DNA of 64,000 nucleotides from Pseudothermotoga sp. (GTDB lineage Bacteria; Thermotogota; Thermotogae; Thermotogales; DSM-5069): the NCBI GenBank assembly GCA_031962025.1, contig JAVRKW010000001.1, one strand, 5' to 3'. Shown here one piece after another: positions 1 through 8,494 of the stretch; position 1 is the stretch's first letter; the number at the start of each line of letters is the position of its first letter. The notes under the pieces were generated by a model. It was not told where the DNA came from. It did not search any database and saw only the letters and a program-made list of their open reading frames with translations. The position numbers were made by a program, and so were the translations under genes.

Positions 1-371
1 TTGTACCGAAAAGGTCACTTGTAAACAGCCCAAAGATGGAACAGCTTGTGAAAAACGGTGTGAGAATAATCTCAACTCCGACATTTGGGTTACCTGATTA
101 CAGAGAATGGGATGATCGATTTTACATGTGGGTTCATTCGCAGATGATAGGCTTTTATGGGTTATGGTCGGCGATGTCTGGAAAATTTTTAGGATCGAAT
201 TTGAAAGCTCGAGCTTCCGTTACAGCACCGATTCCAATCACCAATTCATCTGATGGATACATTGTCAAAAACAATTTCACCGGTGGCGATACGGTGCTTT
301 TAGCCGAGCTTGATATGTACAGACTTGAATCTTTTATTCAATCAAGAAAGACACCGGTTATTCATACGTAG
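1..371 (+). CDS. C-terminal part of a probable carbon-nitrogen hydrolase (nitrilase-like) family protein, truncated by the window edge
   Basis: Frame is open from position 3 (VPKRSLVNSPKMEQ...). The C-terminus '...GKFLG..LKARASVTAP.......DG......GDTVLLAELDMYRL' resembles the end of CN-hydrolase folds. The catalytic N-terminus is outside the window. Confidence 0.45.
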   Translation, partial: VPKRSLVNSPKMEQLVKNGVRIISTPTFGLPDYREWDDRFYMWVHSQMIGFYGLWSAMSGKFLGSNLKARASVTAPIPITNSSDGYIVKNNFTGGDTVLLAELDMYRLESFIQSRKTPVIHT

Positions 372-385
372 ATTCCAAAAACACA

Positions 386-1405
386 TCAATCCTGTATACT
401 GGCAAATCTGTGAGCCTGTGCGAACAATCCAAATAAACCGCCGGTGTGGATGAATAGAACCTTCTGCCCTTTTTTCGAACTTTCCAGCATTCCTCGAAAA
501 GCTTTGGCAGTGTAAACTGGGTCAAGGATGATTCCTTCGCTTGATGCAACATGTTTGATACAGTCCAGATCTGATTCTGATGGAACGGCATAGGCTGGTC
601 CACTGAAATCATCTATTATCTGTATTTCTTCTTTTTCAACATGTACATCTACACCAAAGCTCTTCATTTCTTTGATTATTTGCAAGATCTTTTCGACAAA
701 CCTCTCTGAAGCGGTTTTTGTCACATTGATACCTATGACTCTTGTTCTGTAGCCCATGTACCTTAAACCGGCGATCAATCCGGCATAAGTACCACCGCTT
801 CCAACGGCGCAGTAAATGGCATCGAACTCGTTCAGGTTCACCTGCGATGATATCTCCGCGGCGGCGTGAACATACCCCATTGCTCCTATGGCGTTTGAAC
901 CACCTTCTGGTATTTTGTAAACTCTCAATCCTTTTTTCTGAAAATCTCTTTCGTACTGTTCGTATATCTGGTCTATATTCTCATACTGATCTGCCGTCAC
1001 GCTAACCAGTTGTGCACCGAGGAGTTTATCAATCAACAGATTTCCGTTGATATTCTGTTCATAGGCATCGACTGGCTCGAAACCTTTAAGGGAATTTTTC
1101 ACAGCTTTTTGGGCTTTCATTGGATCATTCTGTCTCAGAAACAGAACAGGCTTTAGCCCCAATTTGATTGAAAGATGAGCAGTTGCTCTTGCGTGATTTG
1201 ATTGCATACCTCCGCAGGTGAAGACGACATTGCATTTTTTTCTTAAAGCATCGGCGAGCAAAAACTCGAGTTTTCTTATTTTGTTACCACTCGATATGAG
1301 TTCTGTCATATCATCTCTTTTGATGAATATTTCTTTTTCGTATTGATGGCTCAGTTTTGATAGATATTCAATCGGTGTGGGAAGTTTCGCCAAGGTCAGT
1401 TTCAT
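386..1405 (-). CDS. D-cysteine desulfhydrase family PLP-dependent enzyme (ACC deaminase/DCD family)
   Basis: Motifs KRDD..SGNKIRK (PLP lysine), QSNH, IPEGG and GSGGT. DPVYT and HTGG are the DCD-type residues, not the ACC deaminase DPVYE/HLGG. Confidence 0.9.
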   Translation of the reverse strand: MKLTLAKLPTPIEYLSKLSHQYEKEIFIKRDDMTELISSGNKIRKLEFLLADALRKKCNVVFTCGGMQSNHARATAHLSIKLGLKPVLFLRQNDPMKAQKAVKNSLKGFEPVDAYEQNINGNLLIDKLLGAQLVSVTADQYENIDQIYEQYERDFQKKGLRVYKIPEGGSNAIGAMGYVHAAAEISSQVNLNEFDAIYCAVGSGGTYAGLIAGLRYMGYRTRVIGINVTKTASERFVEKILQIIKEMKSFGVDVHVEKEEIQIIDDFSGPAYAVPSESDLDCIKHVASSEGIILDPVYTAKAFRGMLESSKKGQKVLFIHTGGLFGLFAQAHRFASIQD

Positions 1406-2518
1406 TTATAACACCTCCATCGCTTTTTCAACAAGCAAAAGCAGATCCTTCCAGTCAGCGTCAGTTCTCAATGACCCACGTTTTGTACCACCGCCACCAG
1501 TACTGCCAAGCCTTTCTTTCAGGTAGTTTATAATTTTTGAGCAGTCTATGTCTTTTGAAGCAAATTGATAGCCTTCCGCTGTTTTACAGATCAACAAGTC
1601 TGATTTAAAGTATTTGGGTAAAACATTGGCAACATCATCAAAACCTTCATAAATCGTTACTCTGTATTTTCCCATCTGCTGCTGGGGTAATTGTTCAGAG
1701 ATGATCTTTGCCATTTCCTCAGCCAGGCGGTTTACTGTGGATGTCTGGTCTTTTATCTTGTTGAGTAAACCTTCTACTCTGACAACCATCTCATCTACAG
1801 AACTTGTGAGCAACCTGGACAGTTGTCTGAGCACAAGTACTCTTTTACTGTAATCGCGCAGGGCTCTGTCGCCTGCCACAAAGTAAACTCTTGTGAGTGC
1901 GCTTTTGGTTTTTTCCCAAAAAATCACTTTTACAACACCTATTTCACCCGTATTTTTGACGTGAAATCCGGCACAGGCTGACACATCAAAATCACCTATC
2001 TTGACGACTCTGACAATTTGTCCAACTTTATCACTCAGTGATTTTCGAAGATTGATGGTCTGGGCTTCATTTCTCTCAAGTTCCATGATTTGAACCTGTA
2101 GGCAATTTCTCACCGTTTGATTCGCAAGCAGTTCCACTTCCCATAGGGCTTCGGGCGTGATCTGAGGCATGTCCAGATCTATCGTGGAAAATTCCTCACC
2201 CATGTGAAAACTCATGGTTTGTGCTTGAACTGCTTTCAAAAAAGACGCAGATAATATATGCTGTGCTGTGTGCTGAACTGCTATGTCAAGCCGCCTTGAT
2301 TCGTCTATGGCGTAATCGTATTCACCGGGCTCGATGAATTTGTCCAGTATATGGATTATCTGGTTGTCATCTGTTTCCTTTACTCCAATTACATTGGCTG
2401 ACCCTATTTTTCCGCGATCACCTAATTGACCTCCCTTACCGTCTGGATAGAACGGGCTTTGATCACTCACGGCAAGGAATTTACCATTTTCTTCATAAAT
2501 TTTTTTGATCTTGATCAC
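1406..2518 (-). CDS. Free-standing alanyl-tRNA editing protein (AlaX family) with C-terminal DHHA1/C-Ala-like GGGG motif
   Basis: PFYPDGKGGQLGDRG, the zinc-site motifs HTAQH and CAGFH, and C-terminal GGGG. SD AAGGAGG precedes the GTG start. Confidence 0.88.
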   Translation of the reverse strand: MIKIKKIYEENGKFLAVSDQSPFYPDGKGGQLGDRGKIGSANVIGVKETDDNQIIHILDKFIEPGEYDYAIDESRRLDIAVQHTAQHILSASFLKAVQAQTMSFHMGEEFSTIDLDMPQITPEALWEVELLANQTVRNCLQVQIMELERNEAQTINLRKSLSDKVGQIVRVVKIGDFDVSACAGFHVKNTGEIGVVKVIFWEKTKSALTRVYFVAGDRALRDYSKRVLVLRQLSRLLTSSVDEMVVRVEGLLNKIKDQTSTVNRLAEEMAKIISEQLPQQQMGKYRVTIYEGFDDVANVLPKYFKSDLLICKTAEGYQFASKDIDCSKIINYLKERLGSTGGGGTKRGSLRTDADWKDLLLLVEKAMEVL

Positions 2519-2579
2519 ACCTTTTAACCTCCTTCGGTTGTAGAATAAATTCGAAATCCGAAATATAGGAGGTCATCCC

Positions 2580-3740
2580 GTGACGACCTTTTCAGTTCTG
2601 GTATCTCTTGCATCAGTGGTCATTTTTCAGAGATTGACCAGGAAATTGATCATCTCTATGATAGCAGGTTTTACCGTCTTTGCGATGATCAACCCGCGTG
2701 TCATATTCAACCTCTTGAAGTTGTTTGTAGCTTCTGTCAGCGATTCTTCTTTTTTAACACTGCTGCCGAGTATTTTTTTGATATATTTTCTTGGAGAGCT
2801 CATGAGCATCTCAAAAGATGCAGATCTCTTTTCAACATCTATCCAGAATCTTTTTCAGGACACAAAATCTGCGGCTGTGCTGATGCCGGCGATAGCAGGT
2901 CTCATGCCTATGCCGGCTGGTGCGATGTTCACCGCTCCTATCGTTGACCAGATAGCCACAGATCTGGACAATTTGCACAAGACTGCTTTTAACTACTGGT
3001 TTCGTCATTGCCTTGAGTTCTTCTGGCCAGTTTACCCTGCGATGTATATCATGTCCAGTCTCACCAACGTTCCGCTGGGAAAAATTTCACTCAGATTGTT
3101 TCCGCTCTTTTTGATTTCTTTTTTGATTGGATGGATATATTTAAACGGATTCACTGTGCCAAAGGTAAAACGCATACAAAAAGAAGACTTAAAGAAAATG
3201 TGGCCCCTGATAGTGATTCTTTCTACGGGGTTCATGATACTGGTTTTCAAACTCGATGGATGGCTGGCACTGTTGATAGCAAGTTCTTTCTATGCCGCTT
3301 TTAGAAGCAGGTTTATTTTAAAATCTCTGATTCAGTCTTTTAAGAAAATGGATATCATACCGATTCTGCTTATAGTTTTTCTCTACAAACACTCGATGAT
3401 AGACCTTGGAATTGGTCAGATGATGAATGTTGAACTTTCAAAGGCTGGCTTTGGCACTCTTGTGATATCCATAACTCTTCCCCTTATAATAGGTATGTCA
3501 ACTGGTCTAACAAGTGGAGCACTTGGGGTGTGTTTGCCCATTATCCTGGGAATGGGAGCAGGTAATCTAGCCATAATTGTCTATGTCTTTTCGGTAATTG
3601 GTGTGTTGCTTTCACCTGTTCACCTGTGCCTGGTGCTGACCTGTCAGTATTTCAAAGTCGATTTTTTAAGCGTGCTGAAAAAAGTTCTTGTGCCCATAAT
3701 CGTGGTTGCAATCTCTGCGGTTTTGTTATATTCCTGGTGA
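2580..3740 (+). CDS. DUF401-family multi-pass membrane protein (putative transporter)
   Basis: Motifs GLMPMPAGAMFTAP, NYWFRH..EFFWPVYP and LSPVHLCL; about 10 hydrophobic segments; SD AGGAGG. Confidence 0.8.
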   Translation: MTTFSVLVSLASVVIFQRLTRKLIISMIAGFTVFAMINPRVIFNLLKLFVASVSDSSFLTLLPSIFLIYFLGELMSISKDADLFSTSIQNLFQDTKSAAVLMPAIAGLMPMPAGAMFTAPIVDQIATDLDNLHKTAFNYWFRHCLEFFWPVYPAMYIMSSLTNVPLGKISLRLFPLFLISFLIGWIYLNGFTVPKVKRIQKEDLKKMWPLIVILSTGFMILVFKLDGWLALLIASSFYAAFRSRFILKSLIQSFKKMDIIPILLIVFLYKHSMIDLGIGQMMNVELSKAGFGTLVISITLPLIIGMSTGLTSGALGVCLPIILGMGAGNLAIIVYVFSVIGVLLSPVHLCLVLTCQYFKVDFLSVLKKVLVPIIVVAISAVLLYSW

Positions 3741-3754
3741 TCGGAGGGATATGT

Positions 3755-4432
3755 GTGACGCGCTTTATCGGTAAGATGTTTCCAAAGCAATCTCCATTGA
3801 AACTTTTACACGAACATGCGCTTGTAACTCAAAAAGCCGCTGAATTCATAGTACCGGCACTGAAAAATTACTTTGACAATCTATCGATAGATCAGATGTG
3901 CGTTGAAGTAGATAAACTGGAAGACAGGGCAGATGAATTGAAAATATTGATCAGAGAAAGTTACTCAAAACTCAAATTTGTCTATTTCGATAGAGTGGAC
4001 GTACTGACCATTCTCCATGAAGAAGATGCCGTGATCGATGCCATAGATGATTTTCTAAAATCCTTGACTTTGAACAAATTGGAGAAACCACTCAACAGAG
4101 AAGTAATGGATCTGATTTTTGAACTGGCACAAAACAGCTTTGACTCGGTGCGGATCATGGTTATGGCTATTGCGGATCTGCTGACGCTTGTAGAATCTTC
4201 TTTTTCTCAGTTAGTGGCTTTTGAAGAAGACAAACTTGCAACGAAAGTAGAGACAGATGAATCTCAAACAGATAGGATATCTCTTGAACTTGGCAGGAAA
4301 GTTTATTCCATGAAGAACACCATACATCCTGTTGATCTGTACTTTCTTGAAAAACTGATCAGATTACTCACAAGAATAGCAGACCATGCTGAAAACGTGA
4401 CAGAAAGAATACGCATGATAACCCACAGTTGA
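3755..4432 (+). CDS. DUF47 / PhoU-like Pit accessory protein
   Basis: All-helical repeat with LEDRADELK and IADHAENV motifs, directly upstream of pit. Start moved to GTG 3755 after SD GGAGG. Confidence 0.85.
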   Translation: MTRFIGKMFPKQSPLKLLHEHALVTQKAAEFIVPALKNYFDNLSIDQMCVEVDKLEDRADELKILIRESYSKLKFVYFDRVDVLTILHEEDAVIDAIDDFLKSLTLNKLEKPLNREVMDLIFELAQNSFDSVRIMVMAIADLLTLVESSFSQLVAFEEDKLATKVETDESQTDRISLELGRKVYSMKNTIHPVDLYFLEKLIRLLTRIADHAENVTERIRMITHS

Positions 4433-4443
4433 GGAGGTAGAAT

Positions 4444-5646
4444 ATGGTAATTTTACTTGCTGTTGCAAGCGGTTTTGCCATGGCTTTTGCAATAGGTGCA
4501 AATGACGTTGCAAACTCCATGGCTACAGCGGTCGGGGCAAAAGCGATCAGTCCGAAGCAAGCTGTTATAATAGCCTCTTTTTTGGAGTTCCTCGGTGCAG
4601 TCCTTTTTGGATCTCATGTCACCTCGACAATTACCAAAGGTATTCTGAAACCAGATGCGGTAACACAGCCGGATCTGTTAGTCTTAGGAGCATTTGCGGC
4701 ACTGTTTTCCTCTTCAATCTGGATCTTAGCTGCGACTGTCTGGGGAATGCCAGTTTCAACTACTCATTCCATTGTCGGCGGTATGGCTGGTTTTGGAATA
4801 GCCGCAGCAGGCTGGAATGCAGTGAACTGGAAGGTGATGATTTCCATAATTTCAAGCTGGATACTTTCACCGCTTGCAGGTGGACTACTCGCTTATTCGA
4901 TTTTCAAGATGGTATCTTTCTTTATTCTCAGAAGACCTTCACCTGCAAAAGCTGTGAAAAAAGCTGGACCAGTCATAGTTGCGATCACATTTTTCATCAT
5001 TGTTTATTTATTTTGCATAAAAACATTGAAAATGGACCAAAAGACTTCCGTTTTTCTTGGAACTGTTGTATCAATTGCTGCAGCGTTGGTGGGATATCTT
5101 GCTTTGAAAAAATACTACAGAGTGAAAACGAGGGACTATGAGATGGTAGAAGGTGTATTCAAACGTCTTCAAATCATGACAAGCTGTTATGTGAGCTTTT
5201 CACACGGTGCAAACGACGTTGCAAACGCCGTGGGTCCTATTGCCGTGATATACTGGGTCATAAAGACCGGTGCGATCTCTCCAAAAGTACAAGTCCCAAT
5301 CTGGATACTGATGATGGGTGGATTTGGTATCTCGCTGGGAGTTTTGTTGCTCGGGTACAGGGTGATGAAAACGATAGGCAGAGACATAACTGAGCTGAAC
5401 AATACCAGGGGGTTTTGTATAGATTTTTCCACTGCTTCTACTGTCCTGATCTCCTCGGTGTTTGGGCTGCCTGTTTCAACAACGCACATAGTCATGGGAT
5501 CAGTCGTGGGAGTTGGCATGGCACGTGGTGTTGAAGTGGTTAACGTGGGAGTGCTGAAAAACATAGTTTTTTCATGGCTTATGACTGTTCCACTTGCCGC
5601 CGGGTTATCGGCACTGTTGTTTAAATTGTTCACAAACATTATTTGA
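4444..5646 (+). CDS. pit: PiT-family inorganic phosphate transporter
   Basis: Two GANDVAN signature repeats and two PVSTTH motifs. Confidence 0.93.
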   Translation: MVILLAVASGFAMAFAIGANDVANSMATAVGAKAISPKQAVIIASFLEFLGAVLFGSHVTSTITKGILKPDAVTQPDLLVLGAFAALFSSSIWILAATVWGMPVSTTHSIVGGMAGFGIAAAGWNAVNWKVMISIISSWILSPLAGGLLAYSIFKMVSFFILRRPSPAKAVKKAGPVIVAITFFIIVYLFCIKTLKMDQKTSVFLGTVVSIAAALVGYLALKKYYRVKTRDYEMVEGVFKRLQIMTSCYVSFSHGANDVANAVGPIAVIYWVIKTGAISPKVQVPIWILMMGGFGISLGVLLLGYRVMKTIGRDITELNNTRGFCIDFSTASTVLISSVFGLPVSTTHIVMGSVVGVGMARGVEVVNVGVLKNIVFSWLMTVPLAAGLSALLFKLFTNII

Positions 5647-5959
5647 ATCTGGATTTGAAAACCAGAGTCTGAAAAAACCCAGAAAAACCCATCACAAACA
5701 TCAATAAATGTGCAAATGAAAATCTAATATTAGGAAGATCGTTGAGTATCATGAAACACATTGCAATAAAAAACATCGCCCCTCCCACCATTAGATGAGC
5801 ATCCATTCTCTGGGGGTTTTTATTCAGATCGACTATCCCAAAAAGGTAAATCAAACTGAAAATTAGTATGCAAAGGGAGAACATCCAGTCGATCTTTAGA
5901 AAAAGTGAAAAACACAAAAAGCCAGCTATTGTCTGAACAATCAAAAGAAACCTTTTCAT
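5639..5959 (-). CDS. Small hypothetical membrane protein (about 4 TM) downstream of feoB
   Basis: Hydrophobic 106-aa ORF whose start overlaps the feoB stop (ATGA), with SD AGGAGG. Confidence 0.7.
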   Translation of the reverse strand: MKRFLLIVQTIAGFLCFSLFLKIDWMFSLCILIFSLIYLFGIVDLNKNPQRMDAHLMVGGAMFFIAMCFMILNDLPNIRFSFAHLLMFVMGFSGFFQTLVFKSRFK

Positions 5960-7872
5960 ATCATCAATCCTCCTAAAATCCTTACTATATAAGCTAAAAG
6001 ATAGGCAACGGCTAAACTGTAAATTACAGAGACAAGCAAATACCTTTTGCCTATTTCAGATGATATGGAGCCGAGTGTAGCAAAACACGGTATATATGAC
6101 ATTACAAAGACAAGAAAAGACAAAGCGGTAACAGGGTCATAAAAGCTGGCAAGAGAATTTCCATCTGAAAACCCAAAAAACATACTGAGTGTGGAAACTA
6201 TGACTTCCTTTGCTGCTGCTCCAAAGATCAGAGCTGTACTCAACCTCCAATCAAACCCCAGTGGTTTTAAAACGGTGGATACGGCTTTTCCCATGTATGA
6301 TGCAAAAGACCTTGCCGGATCACCACTGGATGGAAAGTAAGACAAAATCCATAAGACAACCGAAGCCACAAAGATTATCGTGCCGGCTTTTGTCAAGAAA
6401 TGTTTGCCTCTATACCAGACATAGAGCAAAAGGTTTTTTACCTTCGGCATTCGGTACCTTGGAAGCTCCAGCACCAGGAAACCTGGCTCTCCTTTAAAAA
6501 GAATCCTGTTCAAAAAAACAGCACTCGCAAGAGCTATGATTATGCTCAACAAATACACAGAGAAGACGATCATGCCTTTTTGTTTTTCAAAAAAAGCACT
6601 TGCGATCATTAGATAAACCGGCAGTCTTGCACTGCACGAGATGAATGGAACTGATAGGACCGTAATTGTTCTCTCACGCGGATCTGAAATGCCTCTGGTC
6701 GACATGACCGCAGGAACAGTACACCCAAAACCGAGCAAAAACGACATGAAAGATCTTCCAGATAGTTTGAGCTTGTACATGATTCTGTCTACCACAAAAG
6801 CAGCTCTTGGAAGATATCCAGATTCTTCCATAATTCCAAGTACCAGAAAAAGCGCAAAAATATTTGGTACAAAAACCAGTACCGATCCCACACCAGAAAT
6901 GATACCGTCTGCTATCAATGAAGAGACCATCCCACTGCCAAGTAAGGCTCTGACGGAATCTGCCAGAGTTGAGAAAAATAGCTCAATGAGATCTGATAGT
7001 GGTTGAATTGTCTGGAAAGCGAAGGTGAAAGTCATGTACATCAATGCGAGAAATATGGGTATCCCAATGTACTTATGCGTGAAAACATGATCCAGAGCCT
7101 CGCTCATCGTCAGATTCGCACCGGATGTTTTGAGCACTTCTTTCATCATCAAATCGATGTGCTTGTATCTTTCCTGTGCTATTTTTTCTCTGAGTATGCC
7201 TGGTTTGACCCCGATCTGACCAACCAGATCCACAGTCTGTGGATCACCTTCAAGGTACTTTGTTGCAAGCCATCGGATGGGGAAATTTCTCAAAGATGGG
7301 TTTTTCATCAGATCTGACTCCACAGTTTTTACCATCTCTTCTGTTTGCTCATCAAAGACAAATTGAAGGTTCTTTTTCTCAGACGAAGAAGTTTTCAAAA
7401 TCGTATCCAGTAACTCCTCGATTCCCTCTCCTGTCACTGCGCTGGTGAGTACAACTGGAACGCCCGTATGCTTTGCCAGTTCCTGTTTATCAATATGAAA
7501 TCCCTGTTTTCGAGCTTCGTCTATTGCATTTACTGCCAGAATTATTTTTGTGTCAAGTTCCGCAGCTTCAAGAAATAGATAAAGTCCCTGCTTCATAGAC
7601 AGAGCATCCACAATGATGATCAAAATATCCGGCGTGCTGTACAAAAGATAATCTCTGGCGATCTTTTCATCCGCACTGAAAGATGATAGACTGTAAGTTC
7701 CTGGAAGGTCTACAAAATCTATTTTCACCCCCCGCCAGTTTCTGATACCTTCCTTTATCTCGACAGTGACACCTGCCCAGTTTGCGACATACTGCCTCAT
7801 ACCCGTGAGTGCGTTGAAAAGACTGGTTTTACCTACATTTGGATTTCCGCACAGTGCTACACGAAGAGCCAC
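5956..7872 (-). CDS. feoB: Ferrous iron transporter FeoB
   Basis: G-domain motifs GNPNVGKT, VANWAGVTVE and DLPG, followed by gate domains (EESGYLPR, GFGCTVP, SCSARLP). Confidence 0.96.
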   Translation of the reverse strand: MALRVALCGNPNVGKTSLFNALTGMRQYVANWAGVTVEIKEGIRNWRGVKIDFVDLPGTYSLSSFSADEKIARDYLLYSTPDILIIIVDALSMKQGLYLFLEAAELDTKIILAVNAIDEARKQGFHIDKQELAKHTGVPVVLTSAVTGEGIEELLDTILKTSSSEKKNLQFVFDEQTEEMVKTVESDLMKNPSLRNFPIRWLATKYLEGDPQTVDLVGQIGVKPGILREKIAQERYKHIDLMMKEVLKTSGANLTMSEALDHVFTHKYIGIPIFLALMYMTFTFAFQTIQPLSDLIELFFSTLADSVRALLGSGMVSSLIADGIISGVGSVLVFVPNIFALFLVLGIMEESGYLPRAAFVVDRIMYKLKLSGRSFMSFLLGFGCTVPAVMSTRGISDPRERTITVLSVPFISCSARLPVYLMIASAFFEKQKGMIVFSVYLLSIIIALASAVFLNRILFKGEPGFLVLELPRYRMPKVKNLLLYVWYRGKHFLTKAGTIIFVASVVLWILSYFPSSGDPARSFASYMGKAVSTVLKPLGFDWRLSTALIFGAAAKEVIVSTLSMFFGFSDGNSLASFYDPVTALSFLVFVMSYIPCFATLGSISSEIGKRYLLVSVIYSLAVAYLLAYIVRILGGLMI

Positions 7873-7873
7873 G

Positions 7874-8305
7874 TCATACCCTCCTCAACAGGACACGATT
7901 TGCCATCCCAAATCCAAGCTTAAGAACTCCACTTTTTGTTTCAATTGTCATTGGTCCCAAGACACGAAGGTTTTTTCCTTTCTGCACACCCATTCTGTGC
8001 ATCTTCTGCTGAAATCCAACCCCACCAAATAATTCAACGACTGTGTAGATACCTTTCGGTGCCGATGAAAGCATTAAAAGATCGTTATCCATAATGACTT
8101 CTATCTGTGCTGCGTCGTCATTGCGCAATGTGATGAGTTTATCCATGACAAGATATACTCTTGGATCTCCAAGAGGAGCACTTCTCACCACTTTCACATA
8201 GGTGTCTGGGATGAAACCCAGGGATATGAGGCGTGAACCAACAGGGGAACTGGGGATTGATTTGACTTTCGCTGAAAACCCAACCGGGACTTCCAACAAA
8301 GACAC
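7874..8305 (-). CDS. feoA: FeoA (tandem FeoA domains)
   Basis: RLISLGFIP..V.VVRSAPLGDP FeoA motif plus a second degenerate copy (KMHRMGVQKG); directly upstream of feoB. Confidence 0.9.
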   Translation of the reverse strand: MSLLEVPVGFSAKVKSIPSSPVGSRLISLGFIPDTYVKVVRSAPLGDPRVYLVMDKLITLRNDDAAQIEVIMDNDLLMLSSAPKGIYTVVELFGGVGFQQKMHRMGVQKGKNLRVLGPMTIETKSGVLKLGFGMANRVLLRRV

Positions 8306-8317
8306 AGGCTCACCTCC

Positions 8318-8340
8318 TTATTGAGATTCATTCTCAATAA
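8318..8340. promoter_or_regulatory. Fur-box-like operator (perfect 9-5-9 inverted repeat) at the feoAB promoter
   Basis: TTATTGAGA-TTCAT-TCTCAATAA. The minus-strand core TGAGAAT-G-AATCTCA resembles the 7-1-7 Fur box TGATAAT-n-ATTATCA. It lies between the -10 and the SD. Confidence 0.75.
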
Positions 8341-8365
8341 TACCAACCTGATTGCAAAAATTCAA
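8337..8365 (-). promoter_or_regulatory. Sigma70-type promoter of feoAB
   Basis: Minus strand TTGAAT-N17-TATTAT with an extended -10 TG. Confidence 0.7.
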
Positions 8366-8494
8366 GTGATATGAACGTTAAAAGTGTGATTATTTGAAAA
8401 TATAAAAATCTATGAAACAGGATGAAGTACCTTTAAGATCAAATGGCATAATATGATTGAACTGATTCGATGTTTTAAGGAGGTCAACAATCAT

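Noticed and set aside
386..1405. ACC deaminase assignment
   Set aside because: Has DPVYT and HTGG rather than the ACC deaminase DPVYE and HLGG.
8370..8452. Possible LexA box upstream of uvrC
   Set aside because: Only a lone GAACGTT word; no convincing spaced inverted repeat.
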